From: an uncultured Planctomycetia bacterium
GTDB taxonomy: Bacteria; Omnitrophota; Gorgyraeia; Duberdicusellales; 4484-171
Length of the DNA: 64,000 nucleotides
Direction of reading: 5' to 3'
NCBI GenBank assembly: GCA_964605645.1
Contig: CAZSDJ010000002.1
Span: 394-64,393 of the forward strand
The translations under genes and the position numbers were made by a program. How positions within the stretch are numbered: the first letter of the stretch is position 1; every line of letters starts with the position of its first letter. Positions 55,239-64,000 of this stretch are shown here, piece by piece. Below the pieces are notes generated by a model. That model was not told the origin of the DNA and did no database searches. It was given only the letters and a program-made list of their open reading frames with translations.

Positions 55239-55650
55239 GATGGAAATGAAAACAGAAAATAATAAGATACATAATGCTACCGGCCGCCGCAAGGAATCAG
55301 TGGCAAGGGTTAAATTAGTGCCGGAAGGCTCAGGAGTGCTAAAGGTAAATGGTAAAAAGATAGATGATTATTTTACTACTGTTGACAGTAGAAATCAGGC
55401 AAAGAAGCCTTTGCTCGCAACTGAATTAGATAAAAATGTAGATATTCAGGCGAAGGTAAGCGGTGGAGGCCTAAGCGGTCAAGCGGGGGCAATCTCTTTA
55501 GGGATAGCCCGTTGCTTACTTGTTTGGCGGCCGGAATTAAAGACCATCCTTAAAGAACAGAACTTTCTTACCCGTGATCCCCGTGCAAAAGAGCGGAAAA
55601 AATACGGCCGTAAAGGTGCCCGCAAAAGATTTCAGTGGACAAAGCGCTAA
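55231..55650 (+). CDS. rpsI: 30S ribosomal protein S9 (start could be 55240 or 55246)
   Basis: TGRRKESVARV, GGGLSGQAGA, LTRDPR, ERKKYG, QWTKR. Confidence 0.97.
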   Translation: MFKMEMKTENNKIHNATGRRKESVARVKLVPEGSGVLKVNGKKIDDYFTTVDSRNQAKKPLLATELDKNVDIQAKVSGGGLSGQAGAISLGIARCLLVWRPELKTILKEQNFLTRDPRAKERKKYGRKGARKRFQWTKR

Positions 55651-55698
55651 TTTTTTTCGTCTTGATAATTATTTTTGTAAATTGAGGTATTCCCATTC

Positions 55699-56886
55699 AT
55701 GACCAATACAATTGAAGAAATTATTGAAGATATTAAGCAAGGTAAGCCGGTAATTGTGGTCGATGATGAATCTCGCGAAAATGAGGGTGATATTGTCATT
55801 GCAGCTCAATTTGCAACTCCTAAAATTATTAATTTTATGATTAAAGAGGCAAGAGGATTAGTTTGTGTGCCTTTAACCAAAAAAAGGACAGAACAATTAC
55901 AACTTAATCCGATGTCTGATAAAGATTCTGATGATAAATTTAAAACGGCTTGGCGAATTTCAGTTGATGCAAAAAAGGGAGTAACTACCGGAATTTCTGC
56001 TTATGATCGAGCTCGGACCATTGAAGTATTAATTGATCCAAAAAGCAATGGAGATTCTTTTCTGAAGCCCGGCCATCTTTTTCCCCTTGAAGCTGAAGAA
56101 GGAGGAGTTTTAGTAAGGGCCGGCCACACTGAGGCGGCCGTTGATTTAGCAAAGATATCAGGGCTTAAGCCAGCTGGAGTAATTTGTGAAGTGATCAAAG
56201 AAGATGGCTCAATGGCAAGATTCCCCGATTTAGTTGAATTTACTAAAATTCATAATTTAAAAATTTGTACTATTGCTTCTTTAATCGAATATCGCAGGCG
56301 TAAAGAAAAATTAGTTAGTTTAGTTGAAAAAGTTAAATTGCCCACTGCTTATGGTGATTTTTCTTTATGTTTATATCAATCAATTTTAGATAACAGCCAA
56401 CATCTGGCTTTAGTTAATAATTTAAAAAGAGATAAACCTGTTTTGGTTAGAGTTCACTCCGAATGTTTAACGGGTGATGTGCTGGCCTCACTGCGGTGTG
56501 ATTGCGGAACTCAATTGCAAAAAGCCTTAAAGATGATTGGAGAATCGGGAGGAGTGCTTTTGTATATGCGTCAAGAAGGTAGGGGGATTGGCCTCGCCAA
56601 TAAAATTAAAGCTTATAAATTGCAAGAAGAAGGTAAAGATACAGTGGAGGCAAATACTGATTTAGGTTTTGAGCCTGACCTCCGTGATTATGGGATTGGG
56701 GCACAAATTTTAGCGGATTTGGGTATTAAAAAAATAAGGCTGCTAACCAATAATCCGCGCAAAATAGTCGGCCTGGAAGGTTATGGCTTAGAGATAACCG
56801 AAAGAGTTTCAGTTAAAATTAAATCAGGTAAAGACAATAGTTGTTACCTCAATACAAAAAAAGATAAATTAGATCATATCTTGTGA
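55699..56886 (+). CDS. ribBA: Bifunctional DHBP synthase/GTP cyclohydrolase II
   Basis: DDESRENEGD, RAGHTEA, RVHSECLTGD, RCDCG, QEGRGIGL. Confidence 0.96.
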   Translation: MTNTIEEIIEDIKQGKPVIVVDDESRENEGDIVIAAQFATPKIINFMIKEARGLVCVPLTKKRTEQLQLNPMSDKDSDDKFKTAWRISVDAKKGVTTGISAYDRARTIEVLIDPKSNGDSFLKPGHLFPLEAEEGGVLVRAGHTEAAVDLAKISGLKPAGVICEVIKEDGSMARFPDLVEFTKIHNLKICTIASLIEYRRRKEKLVSLVEKVKLPTAYGDFSLCLYQSILDNSQHLALVNNLKRDKPVLVRVHSECLTGDVLASLRCDCGTQLQKALKMIGESGGVLLYMRQEGRGIGLANKIKAYKLQEEGKDTVEANTDLGFEPDLRDYGIGAQILADLGIKKIRLLTNNPRKIVGLEGYGLEITERVSVKIKSGKDNSCYLNTKKDKLDHIL

Positions 56887-56913
56887 TATAATCGTATTTA
56901 ATCGGGAGGGTTT

Positions 56914-57372
56914 ATGAAAGAAATCAAAGGCAAATTTGACGGTAAAGGGAAAAAGATAGCGATAGTAATTTCCCGTTTTAATGAATTAATTAGTAAGCGG
57001 TTGCTGGAAGGCTGTCTGGATACTTTAGGAAAGTGCGGGACTGACGACAAAAGTATCTCTATCTATTGGTCACCGGGTGCTTATGAAATCCCTCAAGTTT
57101 TGTCAAAATTACAGACAAGCAAGTTTGACGCAGTCGTAACTTTAGGTGCAGTGATTAGAGGCGATACGCCTCATTTTGAATATATATCTTCTGAGGTTGC
57201 AAAAGGAGTGGCGAAAGTAGCTCAAGATAAAAAAATACCAATAGCTTTTGGGATAATTACAGCTGATACCATTGAGCAAGCAACCGAAAGATCAGGGACT
57301 AAACAGGGCAATAAAGGCTCTCAGGCAGCTTTTTCTGCTTTGGAAATGGCTAACTTATACAGTCAATTATAA
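56914..57372 (+). CDS. ribH: 6,7-dimethyl-8-ribityllumazine synthase
   Basis: SRFNE, PGAYEIP, GAVIRGDTPHF, GNKG. Confidence 0.96.
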   Translation: MKEIKGKFDGKGKKIAIVISRFNELISKRLLEGCLDTLGKCGTDDKSISIYWSPGAYEIPQVLSKLQTSKFDAVVTLGAVIRGDTPHFEYISSEVAKGVAKVAQDKKIPIAFGIITADTIEQATERSGTKQGNKGSQAAFSALEMANLYSQL

Positions 57373-57374
57373 AA

Positions 57375-57477
57375 CAGTCCAAAGTCCATAGTCCCAAGTC
57401 AAAAGAATAAACTTTATTGCTTATTTTAAAATTTAAAAATAATGACATAGGGCTTCGGACACAGGACATAGGACTAT
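57375..57477. repeat. GTCC/GGAC mirrored heptamer element (4+5 units, ~40-nt AT-rich loop)
   Basis: CAGTCCA AAGTCCA TAGTCCC AAGTCAA ... TGACATA GGGCTTC GGACACA GGACATA GGACTAT. Confidence 0.9.
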
Positions 57478-57506
57478 AAAGTCGTTACTTAATTTTCGTT
57501 CTAAAC

Positions 57507-57932
57507 ATGAGATCTCGATCAAAAGCACGTGATATAGCTCTTTGCCTTCTCTATCAGATAGAGATATCTAAGATTAAACCCGAAGACGCCCTCCTTGGCG
57601 ATTTAGCCAAAAGTTTTAAAGACCAAATAGTAATTGATTTCATGTCTCAATTAGTTGAAGGGGTAATTTTCAATCAAGAAAAAATTGATTCTATAATTAA
57701 AAAGTATGCACAAAATTGGAAAATAAAACGAATGGCTGTTGTTGACAGAAATGTGTTAAGGATATCTGTTTATGAACTATTTTTTTTAGAGGATATCCCT
57801 CCGAAGGTTTCGATCAACGAAGCAATTGAATTGGCTAAGCGGTATGGAGATCTTGATTCAGCTCGTTTCGTGAATGGTATTTTAGATAAAATTTATAAAA
57901 AAGAAAAAATGATTCAGGAAAAAAAGAATTAA
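57507..57932 (+). CDS. nusB: Transcription antitermination factor NusB
   Basis: RSKARDIAL, DRNVLR, INEAIELAK, FVNGILD; ribH-nusB synteny. Confidence 0.95.
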   Translation: MRSRSKARDIALCLLYQIEISKIKPEDALLGDLAKSFKDQIVIDFMSQLVEGVIFNQEKIDSIIKKYAQNWKIKRMAVVDRNVLRISVYELFFLEDIPPKVSINEAIELAKRYGDLDSARFVNGILDKIYKKEKMIQEKKN

Positions 57933-58774
57933 TGCAGAACCAAGAAAAAAAATGTGACCTTCATCTCCATACATCTTATTCAGACGGGGATTTATCACCG
58001 CAAGAATTAATAGAGGCTGCTTTGGCAGCAAAAGTGGCTTGTATTTCTATTACCGACCACGATAGCATAAAAGCAATTCAAGAAGTTGAAAATAAATCCT
58101 ACCTAGATTATTTAGAGTTAATAAAAGGAATAGAATTAACTACTTCCTACCAAGATCACGAAGTCCACATTTTAGGATATTTAATTGATATAAAAAGTGA
58201 TTCTTTTCAACAAAAAATAAGAGAAGCTTATCAAGTTCGACAAGATAGGTTTAAAGTAATGGTTGAAAGATTAATATTGAAAGGATTAAACATTGATCAA
58301 GAAAGCTTATTGAAAACAGTAAAAGATGTTGCTCCAACTCGCCTTCATTTGGCAAAGTATCTTTTGGAAATTAGGCAGGTCAATTCTATCCATGAAGCTT
58401 TTCGCAGGCATCTTAGCCCCGGTAAAGACGGCTATCTATGCAGCAGTAGATTTAGTGCTAAAGAAGCCATTGATTTTATTCATCAGCATCAGGGTTTAGC
58501 CTTTTTAGCTCATCCCCACAAGCTTATTTGCCAAGATTGGTTAGGTGATTTTTTATCACTCGGTATCGATGGATTGGAAGTTTCTTATCCTACTATGGGG
58601 AGTAAAGAAAAATATTCTTATACTGAATATGCCTTAAAAAATAAACTTTTATTTAGCGGTGGGTCTGATTTTCATCAAAAAATCAAGGGGTTTTCCGGTA
58701 TTGGCTCTGTAGATGTTCCTTATGATTGGGTTATAAAGATGAAACAAAGAAAAAAAGAATTAATTGGTATATAA
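57932..58774 (+). CDS. PHP-domain metal-dependent phosphoesterase (TrpH/YciV-like)
   Basis: DLHLHTSYSDG, ITDHD, EVHILGY, LAHP, GGSDFH. Confidence 0.9.
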   Translation: MQNQEKKCDLHLHTSYSDGDLSPQELIEAALAAKVACISITDHDSIKAIQEVENKSYLDYLELIKGIELTTSYQDHEVHILGYLIDIKSDSFQQKIREAYQVRQDRFKVMVERLILKGLNIDQESLLKTVKDVAPTRLHLAKYLLEIRQVNSIHEAFRRHLSPGKDGYLCSSRFSAKEAIDFIHQHQGLAFLAHPHKLICQDWLGDFLSLGIDGLEVSYPTMGSKEKYSYTEYALKNKLLFSGGSDFHQKIKGFSGIGSVDVPYDWVIKMKQRKKELIGI

Positions 58775-58790
58775 AAAAATTTTAATAAAA

Positions 58791-59873
58791 ATGGAAAAAA
58801 AAGATATTTATTTTATGAGAAAAGCTATAAATTTAGCCAAGCAAGGCGAAGGGGAAACTTCACCTAATCCGTTAGTCGGGGCGGTGGTGGTTAAGAATCA
58901 AAAAATATTAGCTAAAGGGTTTCACCAAAGATACGGGATGGCTCATGCAGAAATTAATGCATTAGAAAAAGCTGGCAGCTTGGCTTGTGGTGCAACTCTG
59001 TATGTAAACCTTGAACCCTGTTGCCATTATGGTAAAACTCCGCCTTGCCTGGATAGGATAATTAAAGCCGGGATTAAGAGAGTGGTGATAGCTATCAAAG
59101 ATCCTAACCCGCAGGTGTGCGGTAAATCGATTAGAAAGTTAAGAAGCCACAGTGTAAAAGTGTCTTTAGGGATTTGTAAAGAAGAAGCTTTAGAATTGAA
59201 TAAAGTATTTTTTAAAAATATGAAGCAAAGGCTTCCCTTTGTAGCCGCAAAAGCAGCTCAAAGCTTGGATGGAAAAATTGCAACTAGTGCCGGCCAATCA
59301 AAATGGATTACCACAAAGCAGGCAAGAAATTTTTCTTATAAGCTTCGTGACAAATATGATGCAATTTTAATTGGAGCAGAAACTTTACGCAAAGATAATC
59401 CGAAACTTAATGGTTTAAAAAAAATTCCCTATAAAGTGATAATTTCTTCTAGTCTGGATTTACCGGAGAATTCTTATCTATTTAAAAATTTTCCCGGCAA
59501 TACTGTAATTTTTACTGATAAAAAATCAGGTAAAAACAACAAATTACCGAAGCAAATTAAAATTATTCCTTTAAAAATGACCAAAAAAGGACTCTCTTTA
59601 AAACAAATATTAAAAAAATTATACTCATTTGGCATTATGTCGGTGTTTGTTGAAGGTGGTTCTGAAACTTTAGGCAGATTTTTTAAACAAAAATTGATAG
59701 ATAAGGCTTATTTTTTTCTGGCCCCAAAAATTTTGGGTGGGAAAAAGGCCTTAACTTCAGTAGGATTTGAAGGTTTTCGAAAAATAAATGAAGCTTTAGA
59801 AATTGATAACATAACAATAAACAAAATAGGCAAAGACATTTTAATTTCCGGCTACCCTATTAAAAGTAGATAA
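58791..59873 (+). CDS. ribD: Riboflavin biosynthesis deaminase/reductase RibD
   Basis: PNPLVGAV, HAE, LEPCCHYGKTPPC, SLDGKIA, VEGG. Confidence 0.96.
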   Translation: MEKKDIYFMRKAINLAKQGEGETSPNPLVGAVVVKNQKILAKGFHQRYGMAHAEINALEKAGSLACGATLYVNLEPCCHYGKTPPCLDRIIKAGIKRVVIAIKDPNPQVCGKSIRKLRSHSVKVSLGICKEEALELNKVFFKNMKQRLPFVAAKAAQSLDGKIATSAGQSKWITTKQARNFSYKLRDKYDAILIGAETLRKDNPKLNGLKKIPYKVIISSSLDLPENSYLFKNFPGNTVIFTDKKSGKNNKLPKQIKIIPLKMTKKGLSLKQILKKLYSFGIMSVFVEGGSETLGRFFKQKLIDKAYFFLAPKILGGKKALTSVGFEGFRKINEALEIDNITINKIGKDILISGYPIKSR

Positions 59874-59902
59874 AATATTTAAATATGCTATAATTTATAA
59901 AT

Positions 59903-60250
59903 ATGGATAATAAAAGAAAATTAATTAGGTTAGAGGCTTCTGATTTTTTGCAAATTAAGCCGATAAATGAAATAGGCAGAATTTATGAAGCAGAAGTTAA
60001 GGATTTTACCTTTATGGGTATCTGTTTTTTTTCATCAGTAGAGTGGAAAAAAGGGCAAGTTCTGGCAATAAATTATTTTCTTTCTGAAAATAATGAACCG
60101 GTTAAGATGAAGATGGTCGTGATTTGGTCGGAATTTATTGGTTCAAAGCAAGGTTATTTTTGTGGTGGGCAAATTACAAATATTGAAGAAAAACATCAAG
60201 CTCAGTTTGCTCATTATTATTACAAGAAGCTTAAAGAAAAGTCTTCCTAA
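59903..60250 (+). CDS. PilZ-domain (c-di-GMP binding) protein
   Basis: RKLIR (RxxxR) and DFTFMG (DxSxxG-like) motifs; upstream TGCTATAAT. Confidence 0.75.
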   Translation: MDNKRKLIRLEASDFLQIKPINEIGRIYEAEVKDFTFMGICFFSSVEWKKGQVLAINYFLSENNEPVKMKMVVIWSEFIGSKQGYFCGGQITNIEEKHQAQFAHYYYKKLKEKSS

Positions 60251-60332
60251 TTCGCTATAATTTTCCTATATTTTAAAATTTTCCTTCATTTTGATCAAAT
60301 TTTTCTAATTTGGTTATGTTAAAAAAAAATTT

Positions 60333-63300
60333 ATGCAAATTCAATATCCTCAAATTACAATAGTTGAAGCATCAGCAGGATCGGGGAAGACTTATGCTTT
60401 GGCTAAACGCTTTTTGCAATTGTTGATTAACAGACAATCTCCTTCCCCCGATTACTTGCGAACAATTTTAGCCATCACTTTTACTAATAAAGCTGCTTAT
60501 GAAATGAAAGAAAGAATTTTAGAGATTTTAAAAAATATTGCTTTAGATTCGTTTTCTGATCAATCCCAAAAAAAAGATGTTTTAGATAGCTTGACGGTAG
60601 ATTATAATTTTGCCCGCAAGCAAGCACACCTATTAATTGAAAAAATTATTCACAATTATAGTTATTTCGGGATTAAAACTATAGATAGTTTTATCAATTC
60701 TTTATTATTGGGTTGTCCTCTTCATATTGGGCGCTCAGCGTCATTTACGATTAAAAGAAATTATAAAGAATATCTTTTATATGCGCTTGATACCTTAATT
60801 GATAAATCATTATCGAGTCAAGAATTAAAAAAGGATTTTAATGAATTTTTAAGCCATTATCTTTTTGTTGAAAACAGGGGCAGTTGGTTTCCGAAAGATA
60901 AAATATTAGATTTAATGATAACTCTTTTTGAATTGGTTAATCGTTATGGCAAAGATTTTTCTAAATATAAAACTAGTACTGATTTATTGTTTAATCAAAA
61001 AAGGTATTTATATAAAAAAATAAAAGAACTAGTTGATGTTTTTCCTTCCGGCTTGAACAAAAGGAGTAAAGACTCTTTTATTAAGTTTATTGAGCAAAAT
61101 GGCTGCCAATTCGAAATAGCTAATTTACCCAACAGTTTAGCTAAAGCCGGCCCTCCCCTCAATAAAGATAAATTTGCGAATAAAGATTTTTTGAAAAAAT
61201 GGCATTCAATTCATAAACAAGTAGAAAATTTAATAGAAACAGAAGCAGAAACTTCTTATAATTCTTATATCGGATTATTTAATGAAGTGGAAGATGTTTT
61301 TGAAATTTTTGCAGAAAAAGAAGATATTTTATTTTTAAGTCAGCTCAATCATCAAGCCCGTTTTCTTTTTAGTAAGCAAGGTATAACCGTAGCCGAACTT
61401 TATTATCGGTTGGCCACGCGATTCCAACATTATTTGATTGATGAATTTCAAGATACAAGCCAACTGCAATGGGATAATTTAGAAGAAATGATCTCTGAAG
61501 GCCTAGCTTCGGGAGGGACGCTTTTTTATGTTGGTGATAAAAAACAGGCAATTTACCGCTTTCGCGGCGGGCAAAGCCAGCTTTTTTATGAAATCAAGAG
61601 AAAGCTTGAACCTTACCAATCGGCTACATTATTATTAAAAAAAAATTGGCGCAGTCAAAAAGAAATAGTTGAGTTTAATAATTTTATTTTTTCTCAACAA
61701 AATTTAAAAAGTTTCTTGGAAAGATCAAAAATTTCTAAAGAAGTTAGTAATAGAAAGTATCTTCAGGAAATTAGGGATAATTTTAAAAATGGCGAACAAA
61801 CCTATACAAAAGGCAATAAGGATGGATTTGTATTTATTGAAAAATTAAATGAATCCGACAAGGCAGAACGGGACAAAATAGTCAGGGATAAAGTTGTTAA
61901 TTTAATTAAAGATTTAAAAAAGCGTTTTAGTTTGGGAGACATTGCGTTATTAACCAGAGACAATCGAGAAGTAGAACTTTTAACCGGATGGTTGATAGAA
62001 GAGGGCTTTCCGGTTGAATCTGAAAAGACTTTATGTGTGTTGGAGCATCCTCAAATAAAAGAAATAATCAGCCTCCTGCAATTTTTATATTCACCAATTA
62101 ATGATTTAAGTTTTGCTTCATTTATCCTAGGAGATATTTTTAGCAAAGAAACAGGGATAAAAAAAGAAAAAATAACTGATTTCCTTTTCAATTTATACCA
62201 GAATAAGAAAAAAGAAAATATAAGCACCTACCGTAAGTTTATAGATGAATTTCCTCAAGTTTGGAATTCCAAATTTGCTTCTTTTTTTAAAACAGTTGGC
62301 TTTGTTTCCCCCTACCAGTTGATAGTTGCTATTTATGAACAATTTAATTTACCGAAAAATTTTCCTAAAGCCCAGGCTTTTTTTAAAAAATTTCTTCAAC
62401 TTTGTAAAGACAGCCAAGAAGAAAAGCTTGGCTTGTGGGGATTTTTAACTTATCTTCAGAATCCTGAACCTGATAAACTTTATGTCGAGATAAATGCAAA
62501 AAATTCTTTAAAAATTTTAACTATTCATAAAGCTAAAGGCCTGGAGTTTCCGGTTGTAATCATCCCATTTTTAAAAATTGATATTTCTTCAGAAATTGTC
62601 AAGATGGGGGCCAAATCTCATTTGGAAAAAAAGAGACAAAAGCTGCATCTTTTGAGAATTACAAAAGAATATTCGCGTTATTCAAGCCGCCTCAGAAATA
62701 TTTATCAGAATGATTATAAACTGGCCTGCATTGATGAACTTAATAATATTTATGTAGCATTAACTCGGCCCAAATATGAACTTTATGTCTTTATCCCCCG
62801 CAAAAGCGGCAATTCTTTGAATCAAGCTTCCTTTTTAGTAGATCAAGAAAACATAAAAAGAGGAAAAAAAGTTTGCTATCCCCGCTTGGACTCACAGCAA
62901 AACATTAAAAAAATTAAGGCTTCACAATATAGGAATTGGGTTCATTACTTAAATGAAGAATCTTTTTCCGGCCAGTCAGCCAGAAACAGGGAAGAAAAAA
63001 AAGAAGGTATAATTTTACATCAGGCCTTATCTGCTGTCGGAGATTGTTCTAAAAAGAATATTAATATATATCTTGACCAAGCAATGGCTAAAATTAAAAA
63101 TAATTTTTTCAGCGAAGATATTAAAAAATACAGAAGAAAAATAAAAGAAATAATTACCAATAAAAATTTAAAGGAGATATTCTTTCCTCTAAAAGCCGGG
63201 GTTTATTGCGAAAAGGAATTTGTAAATAAAAAGGGAGAAACAAGGAAAATAGATAGAATTATGATTTTTAAAGATAAGATAACAATTGTTGATTATAAAA

Positions 63301-63437
63301 AAAGCAGGAGTCGAAAAATAGAACATCGCAGGCAATTAAAAGATTACAAAGAAGTTGTTCGAGCCATTTATCCGCAAAAAAAAATTCGAGGGGTTATCGT
63401 TTATCTCGCGGAATTAGAAAAAGAATATTTATTTTAA
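60333..63437 (+). CDS. UvrD/AddA-type helicase-nuclease
   Basis: ASAGSGKT, AITFTNKAA, IDEFQDTS, VGDKKQAIYRFRG, TIHKAKGLEF, YVALTR, C-terminal IDR...VDYK nuclease motif. Confidence 0.9.
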   Translation: MQIQYPQITIVEASAGSGKTYALAKRFLQLLINRQSPSPDYLRTILAITFTNKAAYEMKERILEILKNIALDSFSDQSQKKDVLDSLTVDYNFARKQAHLLIEKIIHNYSYFGIKTIDSFINSLLLGCPLHIGRSASFTIKRNYKEYLLYALDTLIDKSLSSQELKKDFNEFLSHYLFVENRGSWFPKDKILDLMITLFELVNRYGKDFSKYKTSTDLLFNQKRYLYKKIKELVDVFPSGLNKRSKDSFIKFIEQNGCQFEIANLPNSLAKAGPPLNKDKFANKDFLKKWHSIHKQVENLIETEAETSYNSYIGLFNEVEDVFEIFAEKEDILFLSQLNHQARFLFSKQGITVAELYYRLATRFQHYLIDEFQDTSQLQWDNLEEMISEGLASGGTLFYVGDKKQAIYRFRGGQSQLFYEIKRKLEPYQSATLLLKKNWRSQKEIVEFNNFIFSQQNLKSFLERSKISKEVSNRKYLQEIRDNFKNGEQTYTKGNKDGFVFIEKLNESDKAERDKIVRDKVVNLIKDLKKRFSLGDIALLTRDNREVELLTGWLIEEGFPVESEKTLCVLEHPQIKEIISLLQFLYSPINDLSFASFILGDIFSKETGIKKEKITDFLFNLYQNKKKENISTYRKFIDEFPQVWNSKFASFFKTVGFVSPYQLIVAIYEQFNLPKNFPKAQAFFKKFLQLCKDSQEEKLGLWGFLTYLQNPEPDKLYVEINAKNSLKILTIHKAKGLEFPVVIIPFLKIDISSEIVKMGAKSHLEKKRQKLHLLRITKEYSRYSSRLRNIYQNDYKLACIDELNNIYVALTRPKYELYVFIPRKSGNSLNQASFLVDQENIKRGKKVCYPRLDSQQNIKKIKASQYRNWVHYLNEESFSGQSARNREEKKEGIILHQALSAVGDCSKKNINIYLDQAMAKIKNNFFSEDIKKYRRKIKEIITNKNLKEIFFPLKAGVYCEKEFVNKKGETRKIDRIMIFKDKITIVDYKKSRSRKIEHRRQLKDYKEVVRAIYPQKKIRGVIVYLAELEKEYLF

Positions 63438-63441
63438 TGGT

Positions 63442-64000
63442 ATGGAAAAAGAAAATATAATCACTAATAACTTCGGAGTTGACTCAATTAATTTGATTGC
63501 TGATACTTTGTATAAAGATTTTTATAAAAATAATAAATCTTTAGAAACGATAGCTTGTGTATTTGGCGGAAAACGTCCGGCGTTATTTTTAAAAGATAAA
63601 CTTTCCCAAAAAATTAATAATAGCTTTATCCCCCCTCTTATTTTTTCCATGGATGAATTTATGCAATATCTCATAGCCAAGAATCAAACTATTGCTAAGA
63701 TTTCTGATTTAGAATTATATTATCTTATCTATAGAATCTCTAAAGATAAATTCAATATTTTTGGGAAAAAACAAATAGATTTTTCGGCTTTTTTAAGTTG
63801 GGCAAAAGAAATAACTGCTTTTATTGAACAGCTTGATTTGGAAAAAGTTGCCAATAACTCCTTATTAGATGTTGAAAAAAGTGCAACAATTGGATATGAA
63901 ATACCGGACAGTATTAATCATATTTTAAAAAATATTGTTTTAATCAGAAAAGAGTATCATAGTGTTTTACAAAAAAATAATATTTATTCGCGGGGATTGA
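63442..64000 (+). CDS. AddB-like PD-(D/E)XK partner, 3'-truncated by window edge
   Basis: MEKENII...CVFGGKRPALFL...FIPPLIFSMDEF open to the end of the window; follows the AddA-like gene. Confidence 0.65.
   Translation, partial: MEKENIITNNFGVDSINLIADTLYKDFYKNNKSLETIACVFGGKRPALFLKDKLSQKINNSFIPPLIFSMDEFMQYLIAKNQTIAKISDLELYYLIYRISKDKFNIFGKKQIDFSAFLSWAKEITAFIEQLDLEKVANNSLLDVEKSATIGYEIPDSINHILKNIVLIRKEYHSVLQKNNIYSRGL

Noticed and set aside
55651-55698. FMN riboswitch upstream of ribBA
   Set aside because: The gap is only 48 nt and lacks RFN consensus elements.

Overview
AT-rich, almost entirely + strand housekeeping region of a diderm bacterium. Gene order and content (ilvE-clpC, radA-PIN/TRAM-ispDF-cysS, lpxB/msbA/lol/mla, ptsN-yvcK-ptsH-ptsI) suggest a PVC-group organism such as Ca. 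Omnitrophota; this is inference only. It holds about 63 CDS (Opp-type ABC importer, eukaryote-type UGPase-like enzyme, lysS, lol, ilvE, clpC, mla, radA, MEP genes, cysS, tmk, mnmG, lipid A genes, rpsB-tsf-pyrH-frr, PTS, aromatic/His/riboflavin biosynthesis, lepAB, recA-degP-recX-alaS, rplM-rpsI, AddAB-like), three tRNAs (Lys-TTT, Leu-TAG, Gly-GCC) and one MNT-HEPN toxin-antitoxin pair. No CRISPR array, rRNA, transposase or prophage was seen. The most striking unexplained signal is a dispersed system of short 7-nt (some 8-nt) periodic arrays at gene junctions inside operons. They are mostly about five units per arm and often form mirrored left/right arms that could fold into periodically mismatched hairpins. 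They have also entered coding sequence in frame (hisH, with a nested 30-bp palindrome; a lipoprotein signal peptide; the rpsB tail). Other notable signals are several REP-like palindrome families, a 74-bp tandem hairpin repeat upstream of clpC whose 39-nt end recurs (38/39 identical) upstream of the PIN/TRAM gene, TTGACA...TGTCAA palindromes and strong CCGG over-representation.
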